Of a stretch of DNA of 64,000 bases, positions 39,026 to 52,900 are shown piece by piece. The notes beneath the pieces are model-generated. The model did not search any database, was not told where the DNA came from, and saw only the letters and a program-made list of their open reading frames with translations. Numbering within the stretch: position 1 is the first letter of the stretch; the number at the start of each line of letters is the position of its first letter. The DNA comes from Callorhinchus milii. Lineage: Eukaryota. The position numbers were made by a program, and so were the translations under genes. Location of the stretch: NCBI RefSeq assembly GCF_018977255.1, contig NW_024704742.1, forward strand, positions 25,174,001 to 25,238,000, given 5' to 3'.

Positions 39026-39299
39026 GTGTCAAATGTGAGCTACCTTATGCTCTGGAACCGATACAAGGAGCCCATTTGTGGTGGGGGTGGGGGGGAGGGC
39101 AGGATTAAAATAATGGTACAGCTCTGGGGTCCAAGCATGCTTGAAAGTCACTTGGAATGAAAATAACATAGAAATAAGAGAGAGAAAATAATATAATCAG
39201 GACGAAGCTTAAAATAAAAATGCTGATGGTAAAGAACCAGGTGGTGAGTGTGCATTTGTCTTCTTTTTCGCTGTGATCAACGCCCCAGTTTCCTTCCAT

Positions 39300-40133
39300 G
39301 CTTTGTGATATGCCTGTCGGACATCAAGAGCTAACGTCCTTCAGTCAACAAGACCGAGGCTCTCCTGATTGGCTCCTGTCATTGCCTCCTCACCTCAGGC
39401 GCTGACAGCATCACCATCTATGGTTGCACACTCCTCCTTGCTAACCCAGTCCGGACACTTGGTATCTTGTTTGACCCTCAACTATCTGCGCTATGACCCG
39501 CTTAGCCTTTCCCCACCTCCGCAACATTGCCCGACTCTGCCACTGTCTCACACCGCAGGCCACTGAAACCCTTATGCACGCTTTCATTGCATCGAGGCTT
39601 GACTATGTAAACTCACTGCTTGTCGGCCTCCCCAGCTCCTCCCTCCACAGACTGCAGATCATCCAGAACTCTGCAGCCCATCCTTGCCCAACTCCACTGG
39701 CTTCCCATCGCACAGAGGATACAGTTCAAGATCCTGGTCCTCACCTTCAAAGCCCTCCGCGGTCTTGCTGTCCCATACCTCTGTGACCTCCTAACCCCCT
39801 ACCGTCCCCCTCGCTTCCTCCGCTCAGCAGGCTTTGGTCTGCTGCAAGTCCCCCCCTTGCATGACTCAGCGGGCCTTCTGCCACTCTGCCTCCACCCTCT
39901 GGAACTCCATCTCGCAGTCCCTCCATCTCGCCCCCTCCCTTGCCACCTTCAAGACCCATCTCAAGACCCTCCTTTTCAACCGTGCTTTCGATTTCCCTAC
40001 TTCCCCCCCCCGCCCTCCATCCTCCCTGACCCCAGTCCTGGGCTCGGGTCCGAATCTCTGTCTGTCCAGCACCTTGGGACGTCCTCCCGATGTGAAAGGC
40101 ACTATACACATGTCATTTTGTTGTTGTTGTTGA
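39300..40133 (+). mobile_element. 5'-truncated L2 LINE
   Basis: HLRNIARL, ASRLDYVNSLLVGLP, LHWLPIAQRIQFKIL; tail and (ttg)n. Confidence 0.9.
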
Positions 40134-40894
40134 GCCCTTAGTCTGCAACTCCAAGACATAGCTCACCACTCCTGGCAACTTACTCAATCAAATACCTGCT
40201 TTCAGTTCACCTGCTGCTTCCTGATCCCTTTCCCAGAGTTGAGCAATTTTCCTAAATTTTGGTCCTTTGTTACAGTATTACCATGTAGTAAGTCATTTGT
40301 AGCTTATTAAATTGGTTTATCAGTTACTAAAAACGTGCAGTGATTTGTGGACTTAGCCTGCAGTCAGAGTTTGTTGCTGACCAGAAATCTATTCATCCAG
40401 TGAATTATATATTCCTGCTACAAAACCTGCTGTAATGCTCCAAGCAGAATGGCTCATTCCTCAGTTGTTTCATGCTTGAGCTGGTTTTATGAGCAGTCCC
40501 AGTTCCTTCTTATAACAATACTTGCTCCTTTACTATAACAGAAAAGGTAGAGATGACTACAACGTACATATGCTTAAAAACTTGGAATACTCGGAAAAGA
40601 GCATTGTATGCATCTGAAATTCACGTTGCTGAGATCAGTTTATTCTTGAAAACAAATTTCAAGCTTGCATGGCCTACAGAATCACCATGTTTTACAGTCA
40701 ATCCTATGAATCATTTTCAGATGAACTGATGACACAAAAGGTGCTATATCAAACGCACAAATTATTATCACTTGTTATAAGGTCACACTGAATACCACCT
40801 CAAATCATAATAACTTTTGCATTTGACATAGCATCTGCAATGGTGAAATATCTCAAAGTATGAGACAGTAATTCCTGTTACTGTGCATTATGGT

Positions 40895-41223
40895 GTCCTG
40901 TAGCTCAGTGGTTCGAGCACTCAACTTGCAAGAGAGAGAACTGGGTTTGATTCAAGTTTCCTTACTAAACACACCTCTGATTATCTAGCAGTAAGTAGGT
41001 TGTTAGGCAGATCACTTTTCCAGGGGTAATAACTCCTTCAACAAAAAAAAAGAAATTGTCACTTCAATCCACGACTGTTTGTGGGACACCGCTGTGTGCA
41101 ATTGGCTGCTGTGTTTCACCCACAAAATATAGTCAATTCACTTTGCAGTATATTCTGTGAAGCACTTTGAGTGGTCTCACAGACGTGATAAGGTACTATA
41201 TTAAATACAAGGACTATTATTAT
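40895..41223 (+). mobile_element. Family A SINE, long variant
   Basis: tRNA head, extra cctctgattatctagcagtaagtagg segment, Deu-like core and tail. Confidence 0.85.
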
Positions 41224-42520
41224 ATATTGATGAAGCATTGTTCAATATACACTTTTCATTCAAATATATTTGCTTTGGCCATGTCTCATTACATCTTTTG
41301 AGCACACAACACTTTGAGATGTCTAGCTGACGTGATAAGGTGCTATATGAAATGCAAGGATTATTATTATTTGTAGGTGAACCCAGCAGGCATAGCCCAC
41401 AGTCAGGAGGTGAATGACCTATTTATTTATCGGGAGGACTGTTGGCCAGAACACTGGAAGAAACTCCATTCTCTTTATGGCAGTGTTTTAGTTTCCTTAA
41501 TGTCCCACTGAGCAAACAGACCAAACCTTGGTTGTTAACTTCTAACCTGAAGGATGACATCTCTGCCAATGTGGCACTCCTCAAACACTTCACTGGAGTG
41601 TCAGCCTGTACTATGATAGACCTGCAGTGCAACGTTTAAACCAGCAGATCACAGCCTGGAATCAGGGACTTTTTACAGAAGCAATTTCGCTCCTGGAAAT
41701 AAGGGAATGAAAAATGCGAAATTTCAAAAGAGATTTGAAGTGAGACAGCTGAATTATCCATTGGTTTCAGATTTGAACACTTCCCACCCCAACCCCTACC
41801 CTCCTGGCTTCAAAACAATGGTTCAGCCTAAGATCTCTGTTCGCCTGATCACAAAGCATCTTGGCTGAAGTGATACTCAGTAAAGTAGGTCTCAGATGCT
41901 GTTTCTGGACATAAATAAGGAGTTTTGTCTCACTATCACTAGGTGCCAATTCAAGTTGATGGTCAAACAATTAGAAAAATACTTCAGTCCAAAATATGCT
42001 TTGCCCCAAAGCCAAGGGGGTGTCCAAACCTGAAGCCAGTCGACAATTAAGAATTGACAAGGAGTAGAAAATCAGGGCCATCAAACCTACACCGATGCTA
42101 TTCTTCACATATGCCACCCAGCCTAATCTCTATCTTGCTTGGAGTTTCCTTGTAGTTGAACTACTATAGTTCCAAGGTGAGAATGTTTGATAACAGAGTG
42201 TTGGAAATGGAGTCAACTCTCTGTGGCCGTCTCATTAGTCTATTCCAGTCACATGGAAACTTCCATTGTCGGTGGGATGCATGGAACTTCAGTTGGTTTA
42301 GATACCTTTAAGCATGGTGATAGATTTCGGCATTTGTCCCACTGAAAAACAATTGAATCCCACTCTCACTCTTTCTCCCCCATAGTCCATTGCTTTCATC
42401 CAAGCATCTATCTAATTCCATTCTAAAATAATTACAAATGCCTGGGCTATTTATTTTATAGACTCAAGTGCAGTTTGTGGCAGAGAATTCCACATTCCAA
42501 TCTTCCTCCATGCAAAGAGT

Positions 42521-42832
42521 AATAATAATAATAATCCTTGCATTTGATATAGCACTCTTCACGTCGGGAGGACATCCCAAAGCGCTTCACAGAACACACT
42601 GTAAAGTGAATTGACTGTATATTTGTGGGCAAACGCGGCAGCCAATTGCACACAGCAATGTCCCACAAACAGTCGTAGATTGAAAATGACCAATTTTTAT
42701 TATTGTTTTTGGAGGGATTATTATTAGGCGTGTGGAGTAAGGAAACTTGCCCAAGGTTTCGCCCTGACTGGAATTGAACTCAGGTCTCTCACTTGCAAAG
42801 CGAGTGCTCTAACCACTGAGCTACAGGACTCC
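42521..42832 (-). mobile_element. Family A SINE, full length
   Basis: Near-identical to 26147-26459. Confidence 0.92.
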
Positions 42833-43879
42833 AGAGACTATTGCTGATATGAGCCCCTTAAACTTTACTTCTCTTTTTGCTCTTTGTTTGAAAATAATTT
42901 GAACCTCCTCCCAGGTTTTCCTAACCAGGAACATTCGCTTTAGATTCCTGGTAAATCTAAGCAGATCTATAGCAATACTATGCATCCTTTGTGGATTGTT
43001 GATAAATGTGCTTGTCTCAACAGATGTAACCAATTCCTCCAGCCAAATGTCCTGACAGTAAGGGAAATCCTTATTTGATAAATCCCAATAACTTGGTGTT
43101 TTGAACTAGTGAGCTGTGTTTATTCTGTTGTTTAGATTCATTATTAATTTTCTGTGTTAAGTGAGAAAACGGGTGATGCTGGACAGTGAGTTATCAAACT
43201 TTATGATATGTTGCTGAGGCATTGCCTTGTCTTTCTCCCCCAGATGTTGATATACCTGTTGTATATTTCTAGCAGTTTTTGTTTTTATTTCTGATTCCTG
43301 GCATATTGTTTCCTTTTACTCGAACTGGGTTGTGGGTTCAAACCCTGTATTGGGACTTGGGACTCAAATACTTTAAAGTGGCAGTGCTGGGCTTTGTTGA
43401 ATTGTTGTAGGTAGCGTACTTGTTGGATGAGACGTTATGTGGTATTCTTTGCAAAAAATCTATGTATATATTAAAGCAGGCATAATCAGGGTCCTGGGAT
43501 ATTTAATATAAAATGCTGTGATTGATGTGAGGTGGGGACTGATGGACTTGTATGCTTCCAAGTCTAACTCAATAAACCACAAGTTACTTAAAACTGTAGG
43601 ATACCGCTTTAAGAATTCAAGAATAATTAAGAAAGGAACAATGAGATAAAGACAGGAAGCACAAAAGGACACTGAGAGTAGAACAAATTGGTTTGATTAG
43701 TTAGTAATAAAGAAATTTATCTGTGCTTTGGATTGAGAATCATTACAAAATAATATCTGCCTCCGATTCCACATATTACAGTTAAACTAAAGTCACATCT
43801 GCCTAGTCAAGTGGACTTTAAAGATCTCCTGGAACTATTTGAAAAGAGAAGGGAGTTTCTCTTGGTGCCTTGACCAACA

Positions 43880-44243
43880 ATCCCCCAAATAAAATTGGTC
43901 ACTTGCGTAATGGTTGTTTGTGGGACATTGCTGTGTGCAAATTAGCTGCCGCATTCGCCCACAAAACACAAGCGAGACACCTGGATTCAATTTCAGGCAG
44001 GGCGAAACCTTCGGCAAGTTTCCTTACTCCATACGCCGGCTAATAATCCCTCCAAAAAAAAACAATAATAAATTGGTCAATCCACGACTGTTTGTAGGAC
44101 ACTGCTGTACGCAATTGGCTGCCACGTTTCGTCCACAAATATACGGTCAATTCACTTTACAGTCTATTCTGTGAAATGCTTTGAGATGTCGAGAAGACGT
44201 GAAAAGCGCTATATCAAATGCAAGGATTATTATTATTATTATT
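43880..44243 (+). mobile_element. Composite SINE (older core followed by family A body)
   Basis: Two Deu-like cores in tandem; family A 3' tail. Confidence 0.8.
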
Positions 44244-44797
44244 TCTTTCATGTGAAAGACACAGCAGTAAATGATCGTAAATTGTTGTTGCATAACTTCC
44301 TGTCCTACAGAGAAACACTTCTCGTCCACTCATTTTAGTTCCGAAGAAGGGTCTCACCTGAAGCCTTTTTCTATTCGATGACACTTCATTGTTGTGCACT
44401 TTTTGCATCTCAGTTTTTTTTCTGGGCGAGAACCTAGATGCTTTATATATGCTAGTATAAACATGCTTTTCAAAGAGCTCCTGAACAATTGCATCAGACT
44501 TTGTATTGTGTTGGGATAGTGTGGGTTTGTGATGTTCCATTTGCTGCCTCTGCAGGGGGAACCTGTTTTTTCGTGTTTGGCACACTAAACGCAATAATAG
44601 CTCAACCGAGGTTCTGGTAACAGCGCTGAGTTCTTTACTCTGTTATTTCCTGACTGTGTCTCCATTCTATAACATGTTATGCCCTTTTCAATCTTCTTTC
44701 CGCTCCCTTTATTCCCATTGTTTCACAGTCTTGGCCTAGGCTGATACTCCATCCACTTTGGGAGCCCTGCATTGTCCTTCAAGTGAGACCTGACAAT

Positions 44798-45103
44798 GGA
44801 GTCCTGTAGCTTAGTGGTTAGAGCACTCGCCTTACAAGTGAGAGACCTGGGTTCAATTCCAGGCCGGGTGAAACCTTGGACAAGTTTCTTTACTCCACAC
44901 GCCTAATAACAATCCTTCAAAAAGAACAATAATAAATTGATTATTTCAATCCACGACTGTTTGTGGGAATCTACTGTGTCAATTGGCTGCCGCATTTCGC
45001 CCACATATTTACAGTCAATTCACTTTACTGTATGTCCTGTGAAGCGCTTTGAAACGTCTAGAAGACGTGAAAAGCACTATATCAAATGCAAGGATTATTA
45101 TTA
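44798..45103 (+). mobile_element. Family A SINE, full length
   Basis: ggagtcctgtagcttagtggttagagcac...gggttcaattcc head; tail caaatgcaaggattattatta. Confidence 0.92.
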
Positions 45104-46739
45104 TCATTAATGCAGCGCTCGCAAACTGGACAAGGTCAAGTACTTCACTACTGTTTGTGAGACATTGGTGTATGCAAAATGTACTGCGGCATTTGCCTAT
45201 AAAATAATCCCCACACTTTACAAAAACTTTGTGAGGCGCATTGGGACATTCTCACTGTTATAGCCGCTATATTAAATGGAACGATTATTTATCAATAATC
45301 TTCATCTATATCCACCTTCTCAATTTTAGTGGTTCTGCCACTGTACGAGATGCACTGGGTCAGAGCTGGGGTTTTCATAAAAAGATTAACAAACAGAAAA
45401 TCCCAGATGTGTCGTGGCTTATTCTCGGGAATTTTGCTTCAGTGCCACTCTGAAGACCAAGTTCTGCAAACTTGACACCGGAATGAAGTTCCAGAGTCTG
45501 TCAAAACATTTTTGGAGTCGAGGATATCTTAAAGGCTTCACAGGATTTACTGTAACGTATAACAACTATGCTTTCTGTAATAGTTAATTAGTGCCCACAA
45601 TCTCCACAACAGCCATGGATCATTAATTTTATCTGAGGAATTGTTGGCCAGAGCACCAGGAGAATTTCTCTTCTCGTTTCAAATAATGCTATGGAATCTT
45701 TTAGGTCCATCTGAATGGACAAGTTTTGTTCATTGCGGCTTTGGACTTTGCAAATTTTAAAAAGAGAAATGATGAAGAGGCATCTCAATTTATATTTCCA
45801 GTTCTTCACTAAAGAATTTGTGCAGAATGCACGTTCAGTAGAATGAGTTCTGAACTTTACAGTACAGTACAGTGCTCACACAAAGATCCTGCTTTCAAGT
45901 GAATATGTACTTTATGGAATCCGGTCGTAAATTATTCACCAGCTTTTGCAATAAAGAAGAGAGGGTCAAAGGTTTTCTGAGCAGCTGCTCTATCTTTCAA
46001 AAAAGTGTTGGTAATCAATATTTTCATTCTAGTTGGTTAAGGTAATAGCTGACAAGACTAGTAATTTTGCACATGTCCCATCCTCTCACCTTCAACATTG
46101 CCACTGTGTCTGCCCTCTAGGATTCTGGAACACTTGCAAAGGTTCTTGTTGAAGGTCAGTGATGTTTATTATAGACTTTAACATTTTGTTTTACTCCCTA
46201 TCATCCTTTACCAATAAATAACAATTTATTTAGTCAGCAAATGCCTGAAAAGCAAAAAATGAGTAACTGAGGTTTTGCATTGTGAACAGATTGGGATGGC
46301 TCATGATTTCCTCACGTTATGACTTTATATTTGATTTGCAAAAAGTTGATTTTCTCCAGGCGAAGTTTAAATCAAATAAACCGTATAATACTTGTAAGCT
46401 GTGGTAGTATTGACTTTTGATGGGGGAGGCGGAGATGCAGTTTTCATCCAGATCCATAATGTATCTTCTTGGGAGGAGGGCTGAGAATGAGGGGTCAGGT
46501 AAGCGGGTCTCCCTGGATTGGCTTTGCGATCACACACCTGGTAAAAGCTGGCAAATCCACAGCGATCTTGCTGGAGGCTGATTTACCTCTGTCTGGCTCC
46601 TCTGTGAGATTTGAAGGTTTAGACAAGGCCACGGGTCTGTAAACCGAAAGTCCTCATAGTTAATGCTGGACACATATGGTCCTGCATTGTAACTATGGAA
46701 AATTCAGATCCCAAACTGTACTAGTTCTAATCATTTGGA

Positions 46740-47115
46740 GTTACCCTGGCTCAGTTGGCATCAGTCTCACCTCTGAGTCAGAAGACTGTCACTTTAATAC
46801 AGTGGATCGTTGGAGGTGTAGTCCTTCAGACGAAATGTTGAACTGAGATCTCGCCTGCCTGCCTGTTCCGGTGGACATTAATAATCCCACAGCACTATTC
46901 GAAAGGAGAAGAGTTTTTCCCAGTGTCCTGGTTGACAATCCCCCAAATAAAATTACTCACTTCATGGCTGTTCTGTATGACATTGCTCTATGTAAGTTAG
47001 TTACCATATTCGCCTACAAAGCACACAGATACTATACTTTACAGTAATTCCCGTGAAGCGCTTTGGGATGTCCACTTGATATGCAAGGCATTGTATCAAA
47101 TGTAAGGATTATGAA
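46740..47115 (+). mobile_element. Family B SINE
   Basis: ctggctcagttggcatc...tctgagtcagaag head, Deu-like core, tail. Confidence 0.75.
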
Positions 47116-48188
47116 TATTTATTATTCATTCCTTTCTGTTTGATGTAATGTCTTCAGCATTAGCGTAGCAGGTCTGTCTCTTCGCAGATTCAGCACTTGT
47201 GACGGTATCAGTGTGACTTTGCAAGCCTGGATCTTTCTTTACTCAATCGATGCTTCATGTGCCCCACCATGTAAATTAATTTTACTGAATTATTTTACGA
47301 ACGGTATTTTTGTGTGTTGCGTTTGTCCTTTTGCTGAAGTGCTGGGTTCTGTTGGGATTGGGCTTTACGGGTGTTAGACCGTCCTCTAATATGCTGTATT
47401 GGTAGCTGGTCGCATGTTTATTATGGGAGAATGAGACCAAATAGGCCAGAGTAGATTCTTGATCTGAACTGATCTTGTAATCTCGTAATTTTTGTTTTAA
47501 AGTGCGTAGAGAACAGCTGAGAAAACAGCCATTTGATTTGCTGCAGTCGCTCAAACACATCAAGAGTCAGGAGCAGAATGCCCTAGTGGACAGTCCTGGA
47601 TCTCCCTGTATAACAACCCGACCCTGTACAACTGATGAAAGGACAGGGTCTACTTTTTAACCTTTAGCAATCTGACTCTTACTGGTCCAAAATCAATCAC
47701 TCCTAAAACTTCTTTCTCACTGTCACGCTTAAAACCAATGGAAGAGTCACTGAAAATAACAGATTGTCTCTTCTCGTCACTTGGTAGCATTTTTGAACCA
47801 TAAATAAAACGGAAACACGTTGTCTATTGAACAGTGTATTTTTAGAGTATTGAAAATCAATGTCTTATGACATGGAATGTCTTAAGATTCCATGTAAAGT
47901 TGTTATCCCACCGTCTATGAAGTCTCAATTATGGATGTGGAGTAAACGCACATGTGGCATAACGTTATTTTGAAATGTGGAAAATAATTTAATGCCATAT
48001 GCTTCAGATGTGGGATTTAGAACTGTCTCCACACTATTGTGCTTAATGGCAGTCAGACTGTGCTCTGTGCTACATCAACCTCGTCCCCTTCGGTCCGAAG
48101 GGCTTACATGTTCGATGCTAAACAACAGGTGTACTCGAAACGTAGAGTGTTGAAATCAAGGTTTATTACAAGGTATACAGACCTGTAA

Positions 48189-48435
48189 TGATAATAATAA
48201 TAATCCTTGCATTTGATATAGCGCTTTTTCACGTCTTCTAGACGTCTCAAAGCGCTTCACAGAATGGACTGTCAAGTGGATTGACTGTATACTTTGTGGG
48301 GAAAATGCAGCAGCCAACTGCGCACAGCAGTGTCCAAAAACAGTCGTAGATGGAAGTGACCAATTTTATTATTTTGTTTTGAAGGATTATTATCAGGTGT
48401 GTATAGTAGGGAAACTTGCTCAAGGTTTTGCCCTG
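48189..48435 (-). mobile_element. Family A SINE, 5'-truncated
   Basis: Tail and core; head missing. Confidence 0.88.
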
Positions 48436-49077
48436 TAAGGATAGCATCAGGACTATTCTGCTCCCTTTTGACTTCCCTCTTAACTGTTTTGCTCCTACAT
48501 TCTATGACTGAGCTTCCTCAGCTCCCTCTTTGCTCCTACGTTCTCCTACATTCTCTGACTGTTCTGCTCCCCCTCATCTTCCATCAGCTCCAACGTCTCC
48601 CAATGATTACTGGCGAAACCTCTTCCTTATATCCCCAAACTATCCTAAACTTGTTTTCTACAACCCTGAGAACCTCATGATCTGCTTCCTACGAGGTGCC
48701 AAGTTATCAATGTCGGCTTTTTTGCCAAGGACCTCTTTATCTCTTTCCTTGAACTTCCATAACTAAGTCTCTCTACTATCTCTTTCACAGTCCTCTGGGT
48801 ACCTTGTATGAATGATATGGTCAACAAGCATGGCATTTCCTCTGTGTCTACTGGGGTTAACTGTTGCAGTGTTGATACACCTGATATGCTACTGCAGTTT
48901 TATTGATTTGCTTGCAATGTGTTTCTCGGGAAGTTTGTGTTTGGGGATTGTATGTAAGTAAGTACAACAAAATGCATCACACATCTATTTTGCTAGTTTA
49001 ATGTTTACCTTCACTTGGGTATTAATAATGCTATCGTTCTTTTCCAACCATTTGCAGAATAAAATCCGCTCTACACA

Positions 49078-49137
49078 ATGGAGAATGGTGAGGAGGAAGT
49101 AAAGAATTGCAATGATGTCAACAAAAACGCCTCACAT
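49078..49137 (+). CDS. Probable start-codon exon of the SLC2A9-like gene (MENGEEEVKNCNDVNKNASH)
   Basis: Kozak-like acaATGG; 60 nt to donor CAT|gttagt; phase 0 matches the exon at 59220. An upstream acceptor tttgcag|aat at 49057 implies an earlier non-coding exon. Confidence 0.55.
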
Positions 49138-50473
49138 GTTAGTCCTCTTTTTCTCTCTTTTTTAAAGTTTGTACAGAGAATGATTATCAAATCGAGGGAT
49201 GATAATATTCCCCACCCACAAAATATGCAGTCAATTAACTATATTCTGTGAATCACTTTGAAATGAGATAAGAGGCTATATCAAATGCAAGGATTATTAT
49301 TATTATTAATATTCGCTCTGACGTTGATTCAGTTGGCAGAACCCTGCCCTCTGGATCAGAATGATGTGGTGTTCAAGCCCTATATTGATATCTGAGCTCT
49401 TCAACTAGGCTGATACTCCCAATTCAGTGCTGGGGAAAGTGTTGCTTTGTCAGAGGTGCCGTCCTTCGGATGAGATATTAAACCAAGGACCTTTCTTATC
49501 TGCCTGTTCAAGTGTGCATTAAAAATACCAGGACACCATTTAAAAAGGGAAGGGACTTTCTCCTGATATCCTGACCAACTACCCTGCAAATAAATTATTC
49601 ATCTCAGCTGTTTGTTCAACCTTTATGGTGCAAAAGGTTGTGTGCTGCTTTATAAAGAGTCAATTACATTTGATGGTAACTACTTGTGAAGCACTTTGAG
49701 ATATTTGAATATGGTAAAAACCCAGCATCAAGACTTTCTCTTACGTATAATAATATAATTCCCTCTTCCACGGTTCCAGCTGGGATCAGACATGAGTAAC
49801 ACTCTCTACTTTGACCAACAATTAGGCCAGTTACTTTGCAGTTTCTAGGTCAAAGATAGTGGGAGGATGACTCCAAATGCTTAACAATGCCGGAAGGATA
49901 CGCAAAGGGGTGTGAAGGGGAAAGAAAACCAAAAAGTGTGGCCAAAGCTGTACATTTTGAAGTAAACTGGTTTAACCAGATATTATACCACTGCTTGCAC
50001 ATTGGACTGGTTGGACAGCCTAACTGCAGTACAATTATTGTCAACTCACCTTCTCAAACTTAACCTCTAAAGGTTATCATTTTCATGTTATTAAAGAGTT
50101 GGCAGTCCCAGCAGCTCTTCACTGACATCGAAGATGTCGCTGAACTCAGATGGTGAGCAGAGCTCAGGACATGCTGCTAAGCAAATATGCAACGAGTAAA
50201 TTGGTCGCTTTCTTGGTTGTGCTTGTCTTTTGCTTTCTTTGTGTGTTTATCACTCAACATACTCAGTGGTCGGAGAAGCTATCCTGCATTCAGGGCGCTA
50301 TGTATTCTAATAATACTTACATTTGGTACAGCGCTTTTCACGTCAGGAGGACTTCACAGAATTTACCCTGAAGTAAAGTGACTATGTGTTCTGTGGGCCA
50401 ACTCAACAGCCACGTTGTGCATAGCAGTGCCCCACAACCAGCCATGAAGTGAATAACTAATTTTATTGGGGGA

Positions 50474-50634
50474 TTAAAACACAAAATACTGCAGATGCTG
50501 GAATCTGAAACAAAAACAGAGAGAGCTGGGAAACTGACAAAGAGTCGTGGACCCAAAACGTTGGACTAACTTTCCTTTCTCCATAGATGCTGCCTGACTC
50601 ACTGAGTTTTCCCAGCTCTCTCTGTTTTTGTTAT
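50474..50634. mobile_element. Penelope-derived fold-back element
   Basis: Arms aacaaaaacagagagagctgggaaact / agttttcccagctctctctgtttttgtt; degenerate hammerhead ctgacaaagagtcgtggacccaaaacgtt from 50534. Confidence 0.7.
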
Positions 50635-52574
50635 TGGGGGATTGTTGGCCAGGACATTTATATAAATGCAAATTCTTGTTGCATTACACGTACCGTTTAT
50701 TTTTGGATGACTTGGGGGAATAACTGATGAGTGTAGATTTTTATAGAGTTTTATGGAAGGTGTGGGAAAAAAAATCTTTAATATTTACAGTAGCAGCCCT
50801 GGCTTTGGGGATTTTGGGTAGGAGACGAATTCTCTGGAGTTGGTGTGGTATAACATGGGGCTTCAGGAGAAGATACACTTTATGTCACAAGGCATTTTTT
50901 TTGTTGTCGAGCACCATTTTCATTACTGTTCTCCCGATGAGCATTTTTTCCAGCCAAAATACCTTCATTCTTACCCAATTAATAAATTCTCCAGATCTGA
51001 ATGTTCCTTCATGTCACTGTGCCTTTCAGAGGCGTAGAAATCCCATCCTTACAAATTTTTACAGTAGCATCTACGTGTGAACCTTGTGTTTCAGCAGCCT
51101 AAGAAAGATTAAATACAAGCAATTGTGGCCACAGATTATTTAGGAACAGGTCAGGTTGGCATTTTGAAATCTGTCAAGCCTGTGCCAAAGGACAAAATCT
51201 TATAAAAAAGGTGCACATTTGAGCACAGCCTTGGGCTTGAATATAAACAAAATGACTCCCCAACATCACAGAACTGGGACACATTTGGCTGTTTGTGGTT
51301 CTGCTTTATGCTGCAGGGCAGTTTTCTGACCCTGGACGGAAGGTAATTTGGTTACTTTTTATAAACATCAAAGTAATTTGATTTATATCTTAATAAAACC
51401 AATTCTGCTTAACAGATCTGATGCATGGAAATACTGGTGTAACAATCGCAGGTTGTGCTGGTCAGATCTTGCTGTGCTCAGGTGGCTCTGTGCTTATCTG
51501 CAAAATGCACATTTATATAAGGTGCTATAAAAAACGCAATTTCCAATGGAATAATACAAATAATACTTGCATTTGATATAGCGTCTTATCACATCTTTTA
51601 GACGTCTCAAATTGTTTCACAGAACATAATGTAACGTTAATTGACTGTACATTTTGTGGGCAAAATGTGTCCAGCCAATTGTGCACAACAGTGTCCCAGC
51701 AACAGCCGTGGATTGAGTGACCAAATTATTTATTCTTTGTAGAATAGTGCAAAACTGAGCAAAAAGTGGAGGAAATTGGAGTTGACTGAAAGAATATTCA
51801 TGGAGATAGGTCAAGAGAAACATTTTGGTAGCAGAGAGAGAGAGAGAGAGAGATTGTCATATGGAAACTAGTTTAGAAAAAAAGTGTTGCAGAGGAATGG
51901 AGGCAGGTTGCTCAGTCGCCTTTAGTGCTGTTCTCTGTGCAGTGGAGGAAATGGATGGTCGTGCCGTAAATCATGTCGAAAGTGAGGGGCTGAGCTAGAA
52001 GCTTGTTGTTTAGTAAGGAAATAAAGTGATGTCTCCCATCGCACATTGCATCAACAAAAGACTGAAACATTCCATAGTTCATCTTGTACTATACCTGTGA
52101 TTATAGAACGGCATTGTTTGACGCAAGTATCTGACCACTCCCTGTACAAACGGCAAAGCAGCAATTAGGAAATAAATTGGATTTTAAATCCTGTGGACAT
52201 TAGCACTGCAAATTATTTTGATGATAGATACTGATTGTTCTTGACTGGGTAACAATTTAATTGTATCGCCCTCCCAAGGAAGAAATCGCACATTCAGGCT
52301 TGACTCAACACCACGGGTCCACTCAGTACAGAGTGTACCAGCCTGGCTCAGTTGGTACCACTCTCACCTCTAAGTCAGAAGGTTGTGGAAACCAATCCCC
52401 ACATCCTTCTCAAAGCCCTTCTCGTGAGAGGCACTGTACCAAATGTAAGGTTTTCTTTTATATATTTGTTCCTGCTGCATATCCTGCAAGCTCTGCAAAA
52501 TGTTTTTGAAGGATGTTTATTGATCCTCAGCTGATTTGTTCTTGAGTCATGCTTCCTAGTTAATATCACTTACC

Positions 52575-52900
52575 GGTAGTACGAAATGTTGGGCAAGTTT
52601 TCCTTACTCCACACACACGCCTCTGTTTACCTAGCAATAAGTAGGAACCAACTGGTTAGTTGATTGGCGGATTGCTTTTCCTAGGTTAATAATTCCTTTA
52701 AAAAAATCATAATAATAAAATTAGTCACTTCCATCCACGACTGTTTGTGGGACACTGCTGTACACAATTGGCTGCTGCAATTTGCCCACAAAATATACAG
52801 TCAAGTCACTTTACAGTATATCCTGTGAAGTGCTTTCAGATGTCTTGAAGACGTGATAAGGCGCTATATCAAATGCAAGGATTAATATAGGGTTATTATT
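52575..52900 (+). mobile_element. Family A SINE, long variant (head largely missing)
   Basis: gggcaagttttcc...cctctgtttacctagcaataagtaggaacc, core and tail. Confidence 0.85.

Noticed and set aside
44798..44870. tRNA-Val/Ala-like sequences (also ~26400, ~42770, ~54890, ~55720)
   Set aside because: SINE heads: no proper 3' acceptor stem, variable anticodon, and always followed by SINE body
48086..48102. Palindrome cccttcgg-t-ccgaaggg
   Set aside because: Short and isolated; no ribozyme or other RNA motif could be completed around it
49825..49852. ttgcagtttctaggt reading LQFLG as in SAR1 exon 1
   Set aside because: Upstream codons do not give MSFIFDWIY and no other SAR1 exons were found
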